Source of the DNA: Clostridia bacterium
GTDB taxonomy: Bacteria; Bacillota; Clostridia; UMGS1883; UMGS1540
Assembly (NCBI GenBank): GCA_045535515.1
Contig: JAZSLT010000016.1
Location: 83,802 to 147,801, forward strand
Reading direction: 5' to 3'
Length of the DNA stretch: 64,000 bases
In this document: in pieces, positions 29,465 to 39,278 of the stretch
Layout: every line of letters begins with the position of its first letter
Numbering within the stretch: position 1 is the first letter of the stretch
Made by a program: the position numbers and the translations under genes
The notes under the pieces: generated by a model
What the model was told of the DNA's origin: nothing
Seen by the model: the letters and a program-made list of their open reading frames with translations, nothing else
Database searches by the model: none

Positions 29465-30350
29465 TAATAATGTTGCTATGAATACAGCTCCGGCTGCAAA
29501 GAAAATTAAAAAACCTAATTTTTTCACCAAAAGAAGAGACTATAATATCTGGGGTTACTTTGTTCTGATACTTGGCGCCGCTGTTATGGTGTTCCCCTTC
29601 CTGTTCGCCGTTTCCGGCTCCTTGGTAGAGAACCCGATGGATGTTTACAAGTTCCAGTTCTTCAAGGACTTTCATTGGCAGAACTATGTGCGCGTTTTGA
29701 CAGAGGTTAATTTGCTTCGTTATATCGGCAATACCCTTGTTATTATTGCGCACTACATGGTGGGCTTCATTTTGTCAAACTCCTTCATTGGATTTGGGTT
29801 TGCTATTTACAGATTTAAGGGAAGTGAAGCGTTGTTCTTCATCATCCTTGCCACCATGTTCGTACCGAGCACGGTTATGCAGGTGCCGACCTTCCTTATC
29901 TTCAGTGAACTCGGCGTAATTGATACTTATGTTCCGCTTATTTTCGGCTCCTTCTTCGGTGCACCGATGCGTCTGTTCCTGATGCGTCAGTGCTTCAAGG
30001 GATTGCCGGGCGGCTTATATGAGGCAGCCTTAATTGACGGCGCGAACCCGCTGTACATTTACGCAAGAATTTACATGCCGCTGGCACGCCCCATGCTTGC
30101 TACTTTGGCTCTGCAGGCATTCCAGGGCGGCTGGAACGAGCTGTTCGGTCCCCTTATTTACATCACCAGTCAGGAAAAGCGAACCCTCTCTCTAGCGCTG
30201 GCAAACCTCAACACCTCGCTTGGCGCAAAGGGTGACGCGCAGCTTCTTTTAGCGGCCGCTGTTATCGCTATGACGCCGTCCATCATCGTGTACGCCTTGG
30301 TACAGAAGCAGTTTATTGCCGGTATGGCCTCGGCTGCCATTAAGGGCTGA
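29457..30350 (+). CDS. sugar ABC transporter permease (MalG/UgpE-like)
   Basis: EAA motif EAALIDGANPLYIYARIYMP; start uncertain (track 29433; ATG at 29457 or 29478). Confidence 0.75.
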   Translation: MPNNNVAMNTAPAAKKIKKPNFFTKRRDYNIWGYFVLILGAAVMVFPFLFAVSGSLVENPMDVYKFQFFKDFHWQNYVRVLTEVNLLRYIGNTLVIIAHYMVGFILSNSFIGFGFAIYRFKGSEALFFIILATMFVPSTVMQVPTFLIFSELGVIDTYVPLIFGSFFGAPMRLFLMRQCFKGLPGGLYEAALIDGANPLYIYARIYMPLARPMLATLALQAFQGGWNELFGPLIYITSQEKRTLSLALANLNTSLGAKGDAQLLLAAAVIAMTPSIIVYALVQKQFIAGMASAAIKG

Positions 30351-30373
30351 TTGCTATTTTTAAGAAAAAGGAT

Positions 30374-30413
30374 AAGCCGTTACATCTTTGTAACGGCTTA
30401 TTTTACTCTTTTT
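30374..30413 (+). terminator. rho-independent terminator
   Basis: AAGCCGTTAC-atcttt-GTAACGGCTT followed by a U-rich tract. Confidence 0.6.
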
Positions 30414-30490
30414 CCAAAGGGCGGAAAGCGAAGAAATTTTCTATAAGCTTTTGACAATATAAATGCGGATACAGAAAGGAAATAAAATAT

Positions 30491-32746
30491 ATGGTTATGT
30501 GTTCTCGTTGCAAAAAGAATGTTGCGGTCATGTTTGTAACGAAAATTGAAAACGGAGAAAAGAAAACGGAGGGTCTTTGCCTTTCCTGTGCGCAGCAGTT
30601 GGGACTTGATATGGGCCAGCTTGCCGGCAATATGGGTCTTGAACCGGAGCTTTTTGAAAACTTAAGCGAGCAGGTTATGCAAATGATGGAAAGAGAAGGG
30701 GACGAGGAAGGCGGACAGCTTTTTCAGGACCTTTTCGGCATCCTGGAGGGGCCTGCGAGTGAGAAGGATACGCCCGATGCGGAAACGGAAAAACCCAAAG
30801 ACAAAAACGGCAAAAAGGAAAGCAAGAAAAAGAAGAGAATGCTGGACTCTTTTGGGACAAATCTGACGCTCCGCGCCCGCGAGGGGCAGGTGGACCGCGT
30901 GATTGGCCGCGAGGAGGAAATTACCCGCTGCATGGAGATTTTAAACCGCCGCACGAAAAACAATCCTTGCCTGATTGGCGAACCGGGCGTCGGCAAAACG
31001 GCGATTGCCGAAGGCCTTGCCACGAGAATTGTGGAGGGCAAGGTGCCGGCAAAGCTTCTGGATAAAGAAATTTTCCTTCTGGACTTCACGGCGATTGTGG
31101 CCGGCACGCAATTTCGTGGGCAGTTTGAGGCGCGGCTGAAAAGCATTATTGAAGAGACCAAAAAGCTCGGCAATGTGATTTTGGTGATTGACGAGCTGCA
31201 CAATATCGTCGGTGCCGGCGATGCCGAGGGCGCGATGAGTGCGGCCAACATTTTAAAGCCGGCGCTGGCACGCGGCGAAATTCAGGTTATCGGTGCGACC
31301 ACAACGGCGGAGTACCGAAAGCACATTGAAAAGGATTCGGCGCTGGAGAGGCGCTTCCAGCCTATTTTGGTGGAAGAGCCGGGCATAGAAGAAACGATTT
31401 CCATTATTACGGGGATTAAGGATTATTATGAGGAATATCATAAGGTGAAAATCGGCGCCGAGGTTATCCGCGCCGCCGCGGAAATGAGCGAGCGGTATAT
31501 TACGGACCGCTTTTTGCCCGATAAAGCCATTGATGTACTGGATGAGGCGGCATCCCGCGCCAATCTCCGGAATGTTTATATCGCGCAGCTTGCCCGCCTT
31601 CGTAAGGAATTGGAAGAGGTGCGCGCCACAAAGGAAACGGCCATCGGCACAGATTCCATGGAATCCTACCAGATTGCAGCCGACCTGAAAACAAAAGAAT
31701 GCCGTCTGGAGGAAAAAATACGCGAGACGGAGACCGAGATGCAGGAGGTGCGCCTTACCGTAGAGGATGTGGCGCGCGTAATTGCGAGATGGACGAAAAT
31801 TCCGGTAGGACAGATTACGAAGGAAGAAACTACGCGCCTTTTAGAGCTGGAGAGCACCCTCCGAAAAAGAGTGAAGGGACAGGACGAGGCGATTTCGGCG
31901 GTGGCCGGTGCGATGCGCCGCGGCCGGGCCGGACTCTCCAAGGTCAGAAGGCCGGTATCCTTTATTTTCACAGGCTCCACGGGCATCGGCAAAACGGAGC
32001 TGGCCCGCGCGCTGAGCGAGGCTATGTTTGATACGGAGGATGCCTTAATACGCGTTGATATGTCGGAATACATGGAAAAGCATGCGGTGTCGAAGCTCAT
32101 CGGCTCGCCGCCCGGCTATGTCGGCTACGAGGATGCCGGTCAGCTTACCGAGAAAATCCGCCGTCGTCCGTACAGCGTTATTTTGCTTGACGAGGTGGAG
32201 AAGGCACACACCGATGTACTCCATACATTTTTGCAAATTCTGGACGATGGGCATATCACCGATAGCCACGGCAAAAAGGTCAGCTTTGCAAACACCGTGA
32301 TTATTATGACCTCCAATGCCGGCTCTGATTATAAGGGGACGGCGCCCGGCTACACCACCTCGGCGGTGCAGGCAGGGCAGGATAAGGCGATGAAGGCGCT
32401 TCGGTCCTTCTTTCGTCCGGAATTTTTAAACCGCATCGACGAAATTATTTTCTTTAAGCCTTTGGAAAAGCCGGTCCTCATGGAAATCCTCGATAAAATG
32501 CTGGCAGAGTTTGCTGAAATTCTGGAGAAAAGGGGCATTTCCTTCTCTATTACCGAGGAGGCCAAGGCACTTCTTCTGGAGAAAGGCTTTGATGCGAAAA
32601 ACGGGGCCAGACCCTTGCGCCGCGCCATCGCGAGACATATTGAGGATAAAGCGGCCTATATGCTGATAGCCGGAGAAATAGGAGAGGGCGACACCTTCTC
32701 GGTGCGCGCGGAAGGGGAAGAACTCGTCTGCGAGCGGACAAAATAA
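30491..32746 (+). CDS. clpE: ClpE-type AAA+ Clp ATPase (N-terminal zinc finger, two AAA+ modules)
   Basis: 751 aa; N-terminal CSRCKK...CLSCAQQ; GEPGVGKT Walker A in both nucleotide-binding domains; sensor/ClpB-D2 signature. Confidence 0.8.
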   Translation: MVMCSRCKKNVAVMFVTKIENGEKKTEGLCLSCAQQLGLDMGQLAGNMGLEPELFENLSEQVMQMMEREGDEEGGQLFQDLFGILEGPASEKDTPDAETEKPKDKNGKKESKKKKRMLDSFGTNLTLRAREGQVDRVIGREEEITRCMEILNRRTKNNPCLIGEPGVGKTAIAEGLATRIVEGKVPAKLLDKEIFLLDFTAIVAGTQFRGQFEARLKSIIEETKKLGNVILVIDELHNIVGAGDAEGAMSAANILKPALARGEIQVIGATTTAEYRKHIEKDSALERRFQPILVEEPGIEETISIITGIKDYYEEYHKVKIGAEVIRAAAEMSERYITDRFLPDKAIDVLDEAASRANLRNVYIAQLARLRKELEEVRATKETAIGTDSMESYQIAADLKTKECRLEEKIRETETEMQEVRLTVEDVARVIARWTKIPVGQITKEETTRLLELESTLRKRVKGQDEAISAVAGAMRRGRAGLSKVRRPVSFIFTGSTGIGKTELARALSEAMFDTEDALIRVDMSEYMEKHAVSKLIGSPPGYVGYEDAGQLTEKIRRRPYSVILLDEVEKAHTDVLHTFLQILDDGHITDSHGKKVSFANTVIIMTSNAGSDYKGTAPGYTTSAVQAGQDKAMKALRSFFRPEFLNRIDEIIFFKPLEKPVLMEILDKMLAEFAEILEKRGISFSITEEAKALLLEKGFDAKNGARPLRRAIARHIEDKAAYMLIAGEIGEGDTFSVRAEGEELVCERTK

Positions 32747-32834
32747 AATTATTTTAGGGAAACCGAGAAAAATACTTGCCAAATATACAAAAATATGATA
32801 CAGTATACACAGTATATAAAGGAGGTGTGTTTCT

Positions 32835-33005
32835 ATGGCATATATTATCACAGAAGATTGCATCAGCTGTGGCGCTTGTGAAGCAGAATGCCCTGTTTCC
32901 TGCATTTCGGCAGGTGACGCTGCATTCGTAATTGATGAAGATGCTTGCATCGAGTGCGGAAATTGCGCAAATGTTTGTCCGGTAGCCGCTCCGCAGCAGA
33001 AGTAA
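32835..33005 (+). CDS. 2x[4Fe-4S] ferredoxin (56 aa; below the ORF-track size cutoff)
   Basis: MAYIITEDCISCGACEAECPVSCIS...ACIECGNCANVCPVAAP gives two CxxCxxCxxxCP motifs; RBS AAGGAGG; TTGCCA-17-TACAGT promoter upstream. Confidence 0.7.
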   Translation: MAYIITEDCISCGACEAECPVSCISAGDAAFVIDEDACIECGNCANVCPVAAPQQK

Positions 33006-33064
33006 AAAAGGGTGAAGTATCGGGGTCGCCCTTGTGGCGGCCCCGAAAGCTTATCAAAAGAAAC

Positions 33065-33793
33065 ATGAACGAATTTGAAAGAAAAGATGACCTGCAACTT
33101 TGCGGTCTATATATATGGCAAGACAGGCGCGAATTCTGTTTTGGTGTAGATGCGGTCCTTCTTTCTGCCTTTGCTTCTGTCAAAAAGGGGGAGCGCGTTT
33201 TAGACCTTTGCACCGGAAACGGCATTATCCCTATTTTATTGGCCGGAAAAACGGAGGCCGGGGAAATTTGCGGTTTGGAAATCAATCCGCGTCAGGTAAG
33301 TCTTGCCCGAAAAAGTGTACAGGAAAACGGGCTCGGGCATGTGGAAATTCTGGAAGGCGATATAAAAGAGGCGGCCACGATTTTCGCAGGAAAAAGGTTT
33401 GATGCAGTAACTTGCAATCCGCCCTATATCGAAAACGGAAGAATACAAAATGAAAGCCGCGGCAAAGCGATTGCGCGGCATGAGATTTTGTGTACGCTGG
33501 CGGATGTAGTGAAAAGTGCGGCATCCGTTTTGCGCTTTGGCGGGCGGTTTTTTATGGTACACCGGCCGGACAGGCTGACGGATATTCTGGAAACGATGCG
33601 GCGGTATCGTCTGGAGCCGGCGCGCCTTCGTATGGTGCATACGAAGGAGGATGGCGCCGCGCAGCTTGTACTGGTGGAAGGAATACGGGGTGGCGGTACT
33701 TTTTTGCGTGTGATGCCGCCGCTTATTTTATATGGGAAAGACGGGCAGTATACAGAGGATGCCCTTCTGTGCTACGGGAGGCGTACAAAATGA
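33065..33793 (+). CDS. SAM-dependent methyltransferase (tRNA1(Val) m6A37 TrmN6/YfiC-like)
   Basis: VLDLCTGNGIIPILLA SAM motif I; NPPY motif at TCNPPYIE. Confidence 0.7.
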   Translation: MNEFERKDDLQLCGLYIWQDRREFCFGVDAVLLSAFASVKKGERVLDLCTGNGIIPILLAGKTEAGEICGLEINPRQVSLARKSVQENGLGHVEILEGDIKEAATIFAGKRFDAVTCNPPYIENGRIQNESRGKAIARHEILCTLADVVKSAASVLRFGGRFFMVHRPDRLTDILETMRRYRLEPARLRMVHTKEDGAAQLVLVEGIRGGGTFLRVMPPLILYGKDGQYTEDALLCYGRRTK

Positions 33794-34614
33794 GTGGTAC
33801 ACTTTATGTTTGTGCAACACCTATCGGAAATCTGGATGATGTTTCCGCGCGGCTATTTAAAACGCTTTCGATGGTGGACATCGTGGCGGCGGAGGATACG
33901 CGCCACACGGGAAAACTTTTGGAGCATCTCGGGATATCCAAGCCTTGTATCAGCTATTATACGCACAATCAGCGCGGACATGGCGAAACGATTATAAAAG
34001 AGCTTCTTTCGGGCAAAAATGTGGCGCTTGTCAGTGATGCCGGAACGCCGGCTATCAGCGACCCCGGTGAGGAGCTTGTTAAAATGTGCGCGGCGGAGAA
34101 TATTCCGACGGTACCTGTCCCCGGTGCCTGTGCGGCCATAAGCGCCCTGTCCGTTTCCGGCCTTGCCACCGGCCGGTTTGTGTTTGAAGGCTTCTTGCCC
34201 ATGCAGAAAAAGAACAGGCTGGAAAGGCTCGGCGAGCTGAAAACGGAAAAGCGGACAGTCATATTTTATGAGGCACCGCATAAGCTTTTAAAGACGCTGG
34301 AGGATTTCTGCGAGGCGTTCGGCCGGGAGAGAAGAATTACGCTTTGCCGGGAAATGACGAAGCTCTTTGAAGAAACGATAAGAACGACCGTGGGGGAGGC
34401 GGCCGCAAAATATGCGGCGGAGCCGCCACGGGGCGAGTTTGTCCTTATTCTGGAAGGCGCCGCGGAGGAAGCGGTATCTTGGGAGGACCTTTCGGTAGCG
34501 GAGCATGTGGCCCTGTACGAAAAAGGGGGCCTTTCCCGTATGGAGGCCGTGAAAAAGGTAGCGACAGACCGTAAGGTGCCGAAAAGAGAAATTTATGATT
34601 TGGTCATGCGATGA
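33790..34614 (+). CDS. rsmI: 16S rRNA (cytidine1402-2'-O)-methyltransferase
   Basis: MSGTLYVCATPIGNLDD...; ATGA overlap with the upstream gene. Confidence 0.85.
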   Translation: MSGTLYVCATPIGNLDDVSARLFKTLSMVDIVAAEDTRHTGKLLEHLGISKPCISYYTHNQRGHGETIIKELLSGKNVALVSDAGTPAISDPGEELVKMCAAENIPTVPVPGACAAISALSVSGLATGRFVFEGFLPMQKKNRLERLGELKTEKRTVIFYEAPHKLLKTLEDFCEAFGRERRITLCREMTKLFEETIRTTVGEAAAKYAAEPPRGEFVLILEGAAEEAVSWEDLSVAEHVALYEKGGLSRMEAVKKVATDRKVPKREIYDLVMR

Positions 34615-34627
34615 AAGGAATTTTGCC

Positions 34628-35665
34628 ATGCGTATTGCCATTATGTTCGGTGGAAAAAGCGGAGAATATGAGGTTTCCTGCCTTTCGGCGGCGTCGGTGC
34701 TTGCCAATATCAACACGGAGAAATATGAAATTGTCAAAATCGGCGTAACGCGCGAGGGTGCGTGGTTTAAAACGGACGCGAGTGCGGAGGAAATCCGAAA
34801 CAGAAAGTGGGAAACCATGCCCAAAGCCAAAGCTGTTTTATCGCCCGACACGCGCGATAGGGGCTTTTGGATATGGGAGGGGGAGAAGGTTTCTCTCCTG
34901 CCTGTAGATGTCATTTTTCCCGTTATGCACGGCGATTTTTGTGAGGACGGCTGCCTACAGGGACTTTTTGAGCTCGCCGGTATCCCGTATGTGGGGTGCG
35001 GCGTTTGTGCGTCCGCTATCGGCATGGATAAGGAGATGGCAAAGGCCGTATTTTCTCTGGCCGGTCTTCCGGTGGCAGAGGGGATTACGATAGAGAAAAA
35101 GGAAAGGGAAGCGGCACAGGAGAAGGTGCAAAAGAAGCTTTCCTATCCGGTCTTTGTAAAGCCGGCAAATGCCGGCTCGTCCCTCGGCGCATCTAAGGTA
35201 GGGACGGAGGGCGCGTTGCAGTCCGCTCTGGATAACGCCTTTTTGTACGATGACAAGGTGCTGGTGGAAGAATATATCGATGCGCGCGAAATCGAGTGCG
35301 CTGTTTTGGGAAATGAAGAGGCGGCGGCCTCTGTTTTGGGCGAAATTATACCCGAGGCGGAGTTTTACGATTACGATGCCAAATACATAGACGGCACTTC
35401 CAGACTCTTGGTACCGGCACCGCTCCCCGAGGAGGAAGCGAATTTACTGCGCGACTATGCCGTGCGCGCCTTCCGCGCTATTGGCGGCCGCGGTCTTTCG
35501 CGTGTGGACTTTTTTAAGGATAAGAAAACAGGGCGTGTCGTTATCAACGAGATAAACACACTTCCCGGATTTACGGAAATCAGCATGTATCCGAAGCTCT
35601 GGCAGGCAACAGGAAAAAGCTACGGCGAGCTTTTGGATAAATTGATAGAACTTGCAACCTTGTAA
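34628..35665 (+). CDS. ddl: D-alanine--D-alanine ligase
   Basis: MRIAIMFGGKSGEYEVS...; ATP-grasp motifs. Confidence 0.85.
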   Translation: MRIAIMFGGKSGEYEVSCLSAASVLANINTEKYEIVKIGVTREGAWFKTDASAEEIRNRKWETMPKAKAVLSPDTRDRGFWIWEGEKVSLLPVDVIFPVMHGDFCEDGCLQGLFELAGIPYVGCGVCASAIGMDKEMAKAVFSLAGLPVAEGITIEKKEREAAQEKVQKKLSYPVFVKPANAGSSLGASKVGTEGALQSALDNAFLYDDKVLVEEYIDAREIECAVLGNEEAAASVLGEIIPEAEFYDYDAKYIDGTSRLLVPAPLPEEEANLLRDYAVRAFRAIGGRGLSRVDFFKDKKTGRVVINEINTLPGFTEISMYPKLWQATGKSYGELLDKLIELATL

Positions 35666-35735
35666 GAAGTTAACTTTGCTTTTTGCGTGAAAAGGTGGTA
35701 TACTAAGCGTAAATACGATTATAGGAGCAACAGAC

Positions 35736-36161
35736 ATGAATAAGGAAGTTATTATTTCCATTGAAGGGCAGGAGCTGTTCCCCGAGGGGGGCGAGGAAAA
35801 TGTAACGGAGCTTGTCACAGAGGGAAAGTATTACCAAAAAGGGGACAAGCACTATATTTCCTATAAGGAAACAGAGGTGACCGGCTTTGATGCGACCACC
35901 ACTCTCCTGAAAATAGAAAACGACCGTGTGGCACTGACGCGATACGGGCAGGTGAATACCCACATGGTTTTTGCAAGAGGCGAAAAGCATACGGGGTATT
36001 ATGACACGCCCTACGGCAGCTTTACGGTGGGAATTGTATCGAATGATGTGAAGGTAAATTTTGAGAAGAAAAGCGGGAAAATTGACATTCACTATCTTCT
36101 TGAGATTGATAATAATACGAAGGCAGAGCACACTCTTTCCCTGCATGTGCGGGAAGCTTAG
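35736..36161 (+). CDS. DUF1934 (YwiB-like) protein
   Basis: 141 aa; conserved position immediately upstream of argS, as for B. subtilis ywiB. Confidence 0.7.
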   Translation: MNKEVIISIEGQELFPEGGEENVTELVTEGKYYQKGDKHYISYKETEVTGFDATTTLLKIENDRVALTRYGQVNTHMVFARGEKHTGYYDTPYGSFTVGIVSNDVKVNFEKKSGKIDIHYLLEIDNNTKAEHTLSLHVREA

Positions 36162-36179
36162 GAAATGGAGGATAAGAAA

Positions 36180-37847
36180 ATGTATACAGCAGAAAGAGTT
36201 TTACATACGGTAGAAAGCATGGTGAGAGAGGCCATAGGGCGCGCATTTCCCGAGGTGGACATGCCTGCCTTTTTGGTGGAAGCACCAAAGGCCGATGCGC
36301 ATGGTGACTTTTCGACCAATGCGGCCATGCTTTTAACAAAGCCGCTTCGCCGTTCTCCGCGCGATATTGCCGCGGCGATTATCGAAAATATGCCGGAAAA
36401 CGAGCTGGTGTGCCGCACGGAGGTAGCAGGCCCCGGCTTTATCAACTTTTATTTAAAGCCGGACTGGATTTACGGCACCTTGCAGGACATTGAAGAGAAG
36501 GGCGAGGACTACGGCCGTGTACCCGATGGGAACGGGAAAAAGGTCATGGTAGAGTTTGTAAGCGCCAACCCCACAGGCCCTATGCACATGGGCAACGCCC
36601 GCGGCGGTGCGATTGGCGACTGTCTGGCCGCCCTTTTGGATATGGCAGGCTGGGCGGTCAGCCGTGAGTTTTACTTAAATGATGCCGGTGCCCAGATTGA
36701 AAAGTTCGGCATGAGCCTGGAGGCAAGATTTTTGCAGATTCTGACGGGAACGGAGGATTTCCCCGAGGACGGCTATCAGGGTGCCGATATTACGGAGCTT
36801 GCGCAGGCGTACATAGACGAAAACGGGGAGGCTCTTTTAGAGCGTGAAAGCGCCGAGCGCCGCCGTGCCTTAGTAGAATATGCCCTGCCGAAGAATATCG
36901 AAAAGATGCAGGCAGATTTGGCGAAGTATCGCATTTCGTACGACACCTGGTATCGGGAAAGCGAGCTTTACAAAAGCGGCGAGGTGGAGGAAACGATACA
37001 GCTTTTATCCGAGCGCGGTCTGACCTATACAAAGGAAGATGCCGTCTGGTTTAAAAGCACAGAGTTTGGCGCGGAAAAGGACGATGTTTTAGTGCGCGCA
37101 AACGGTATTCCCACTTACTTTGCAGCCGATATTGCCTACCACAGAAATAAGCTGGCAACGAGAAATTTCGATATGGCCATTAACATCTGGGGTGCAGACC
37201 ATCATGGCCATATTGCCCGCATGAAGGGCGCGATGGAGGCGCTTGGCATAGATGCGGAAAGACTCCATGTTATCACCATGCAGCTTGTCCGTCTTGTGGA
37301 AAATGGCGAGGTTGTCCGTATGAGCAAGCGCACAGGACGCATGATTACGCTTTCCGACCTTCTGGATGAAATCGGCATAGATGCGGCGCGGTTCTTCTTT
37401 AATCTGCGCCAGGCCGGCAGCCATTTTGAGTTTGATTTGGGACTGGCGGTGGAGCAATCCAACGATAATCCCGTGTTTTATGTGCAGTATGCATACGCGC
37501 GTATCTGCAGCATTATCCGCCTTTTGGCGGAAGAAGGAACGGCCGTGCGGCCGTATAGCGAGCTTGTGCCTTCCCGCCTTGTGGACGAGCATGAGCGCGC
37601 GCTCATTAAAAAGCTGGCGGACTTTCCGGAGGAGATACGCGTGGCGGCGGCGGCGCTGGAGCCGTCCAGAATTACGCGTTACGCCATGGATACGGCGGCG
37701 CTGTTTCACAGCTTCTATAACGCCTGCCATGTCCGTACAGAGGATGCCGAGCTTACGGCGGCGCGCCTTTCTCTGGTGGCGGCCACCCGTACGGTGCTTG
37801 GTAACGCCCTTCGCATGCTGAGCGTTTCGGCGCCGGAAAAAATGTAA
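36180..37847 (+). CDS. argS: arginine--tRNA ligase
   Basis: HIGH-like SANPTGPMHMGN, KMSKR-like RMSKRTG; an alternative upstream ATG at 36165. Confidence 0.9.
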   Translation: MYTAERVLHTVESMVREAIGRAFPEVDMPAFLVEAPKADAHGDFSTNAAMLLTKPLRRSPRDIAAAIIENMPENELVCRTEVAGPGFINFYLKPDWIYGTLQDIEEKGEDYGRVPDGNGKKVMVEFVSANPTGPMHMGNARGGAIGDCLAALLDMAGWAVSREFYLNDAGAQIEKFGMSLEARFLQILTGTEDFPEDGYQGADITELAQAYIDENGEALLERESAERRRALVEYALPKNIEKMQADLAKYRISYDTWYRESELYKSGEVEETIQLLSERGLTYTKEDAVWFKSTEFGAEKDDVLVRANGIPTYFAADIAYHRNKLATRNFDMAINIWGADHHGHIARMKGAMEALGIDAERLHVITMQLVRLVENGEVVRMSKRTGRMITLSDLLDEIGIDAARFFFNLRQAGSHFEFDLGLAVEQSNDNPVFYVQYAYARICSIIRLLAEEGTAVRPYSELVPSRLVDEHERALIKKLADFPEEIRVAAAALEPSRITRYAMDTAALFHSFYNACHVRTEDAELTAARLSLVAATRTVLGNALRMLSVSAPEKM

Positions 37848-37865
37848 GAAAGAAAGGGATTTACC

Positions 37866-39278
37866 TTGAAAAACATAAAAAGGCTCTTTGTCCTGCTTTT
37901 ATCCTTCGTCTGTCTCTTTACTCTCCCTGTCGGGGCTATTGAGCTGGACGGCAGGATGCAATATGTCTTTATCCATGACCTTGTCGATTTCATCGAGGAA
38001 AACGCAAAATTCCCCGAGGACAAGAATGTTTTGCTGGACAATGCGCTTTATGCACGCCTTACAAACCCCGAGGCTGGCTTTAACGGTATGGTGGAGGCTG
38101 TGATGGCGTCTTTGGACGAGCACAGCGGCTACATGACGGAGGAGACCTATAATGCCTTTATAGAAGACAGTGTATCCGGCGCTTTTAGCGGTATCGGCGT
38201 TACCTTGTCGAATACGAAAAAGGGGCTTGTGGTAATTTCCGCGTTTCCCGGCTCGCCGGCGGACAAGGCCGGTATCGAGACGGGTGACATTCTCATTGCG
38301 GTTGACGGCGAGGATATCCGCGGCATGGAGTTTCAGGCGGCACGCGGGAAAATCACGGGACCGGAAGGAACAACCGTGCAAATTACGGTACAACGAGGGG
38401 AGAAAATACTTACCCTTACCGTAATGCGTGCCGTGGTGGAAATGACAACGGTGGCCTACGAAATCATAGAGGGAATAGGCCATCTTGTTATAGCGAGTTT
38501 TAATGAAACAACGGCAGAAGATGTAGCGGCGGCACTCGCCCACTTCGAAAAAGAAGGCGTGCGCGATGTCATTTTGGACCTTCGCGATAATCCCGGCGGC
38601 GAGATGCACGCGGCGCTGGATATTTGTCGGCAGCTTACGCCGCGCGGCGTGATTCTGCGCGTAGAATACGCAAAGGAAAATCAGCTTTATTATAACGAAA
38701 CCGATAACAGCGGCCGATTTAATCTGGCGGTGCTCGTCAACGAAGGGAGCGCTTCTGCTGCCGAAATTCTGGCCGGGGCCATACAGGATACGAATTCGGG
38801 CGTTCTCATCGGCACCCCGACCTTCGGAAAGGGAACGGTGCAGACGCTTTTGCCCGTGATTAGCGGCGGTGGCATCCGCCTGACGATTGCCGAATACAAA
38901 ACGGCCGGTGGAAGGGCCGTGCATCATGTGGGTCTTATGCCCGACCGGTATGTAAAAAACACAGAAAAGGTTGTTGACACCTCTTATATGGTGTCGCTCG
39001 AAATGGAAACGGCATGGAAGGCGGGCGATACGGGACAGGGCGTTTTAGCTGTAGAAGAGCGCCTGGCGTTTTGGAACTATATGGAGGAGGCCGATACCGT
39101 TGCCGATGCAGAAACGGAGGCCGCGCTTCGCCTGTTTCAGGCACAAAACGGTCTGGAGGTTACGGGCGTTGCCGATTTATATACACAAATCCGCTTAAAC
39201 GATGCGGACTATGATTTGCCGGTGGAGCAGGATGACCAGCTCCGTGCGGCTATGGAGTATTTACATGAAAAAGCTTAA
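37866..39278 (+). CDS. ctp: S41 carboxyl-terminal processing peptidase with a C-terminal peptidoglycan-binding domain
   Basis: TTG start with a signal peptide; PDZ (GDILIAVDG); S41 core (GASASAAEILAGA...GKGTVQT); PG_binding_1-like LRLFQAQNGLEVTG. Confidence 0.8.
   Translation: MKNIKRLFVLLLSFVCLFTLPVGAIELDGRMQYVFIHDLVDFIEENAKFPEDKNVLLDNALYARLTNPEAGFNGMVEAVMASLDEHSGYMTEETYNAFIEDSVSGAFSGIGVTLSNTKKGLVVISAFPGSPADKAGIETGDILIAVDGEDIRGMEFQAARGKITGPEGTTVQITVQRGEKILTLTVMRAVVEMTTVAYEIIEGIGHLVIASFNETTAEDVAAALAHFEKEGVRDVILDLRDNPGGEMHAALDICRQLTPRGVILRVEYAKENQLYYNETDNSGRFNLAVLVNEGSASAAEILAGAIQDTNSGVLIGTPTFGKGTVQTLLPVISGGGIRLTIAEYKTAGGRAVHHVGLMPDRYVKNTEKVVDTSYMVSLEMETAWKAGDTGQGVLAVEERLAFWNYMEEADTVADAETEAALRLFQAQNGLEVTGVADLYTQIRLNDADYDLPVEQDDQLRAAMEYLHEKA

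Noticed and set aside
30440-30490. Looked for a CtsR operator (direct repeat of GGTCAAA heptads) upstream of clpE.
   Set aside because: Only a single TTTGACA-like half is present; no second heptad at the right spacing.
37899-38927. 342-aa minus-strand ORF inside ctp.
   Set aside because: Antisense to a well-supported S41 peptidase frame; no RBS; translation has no recognisable motifs.
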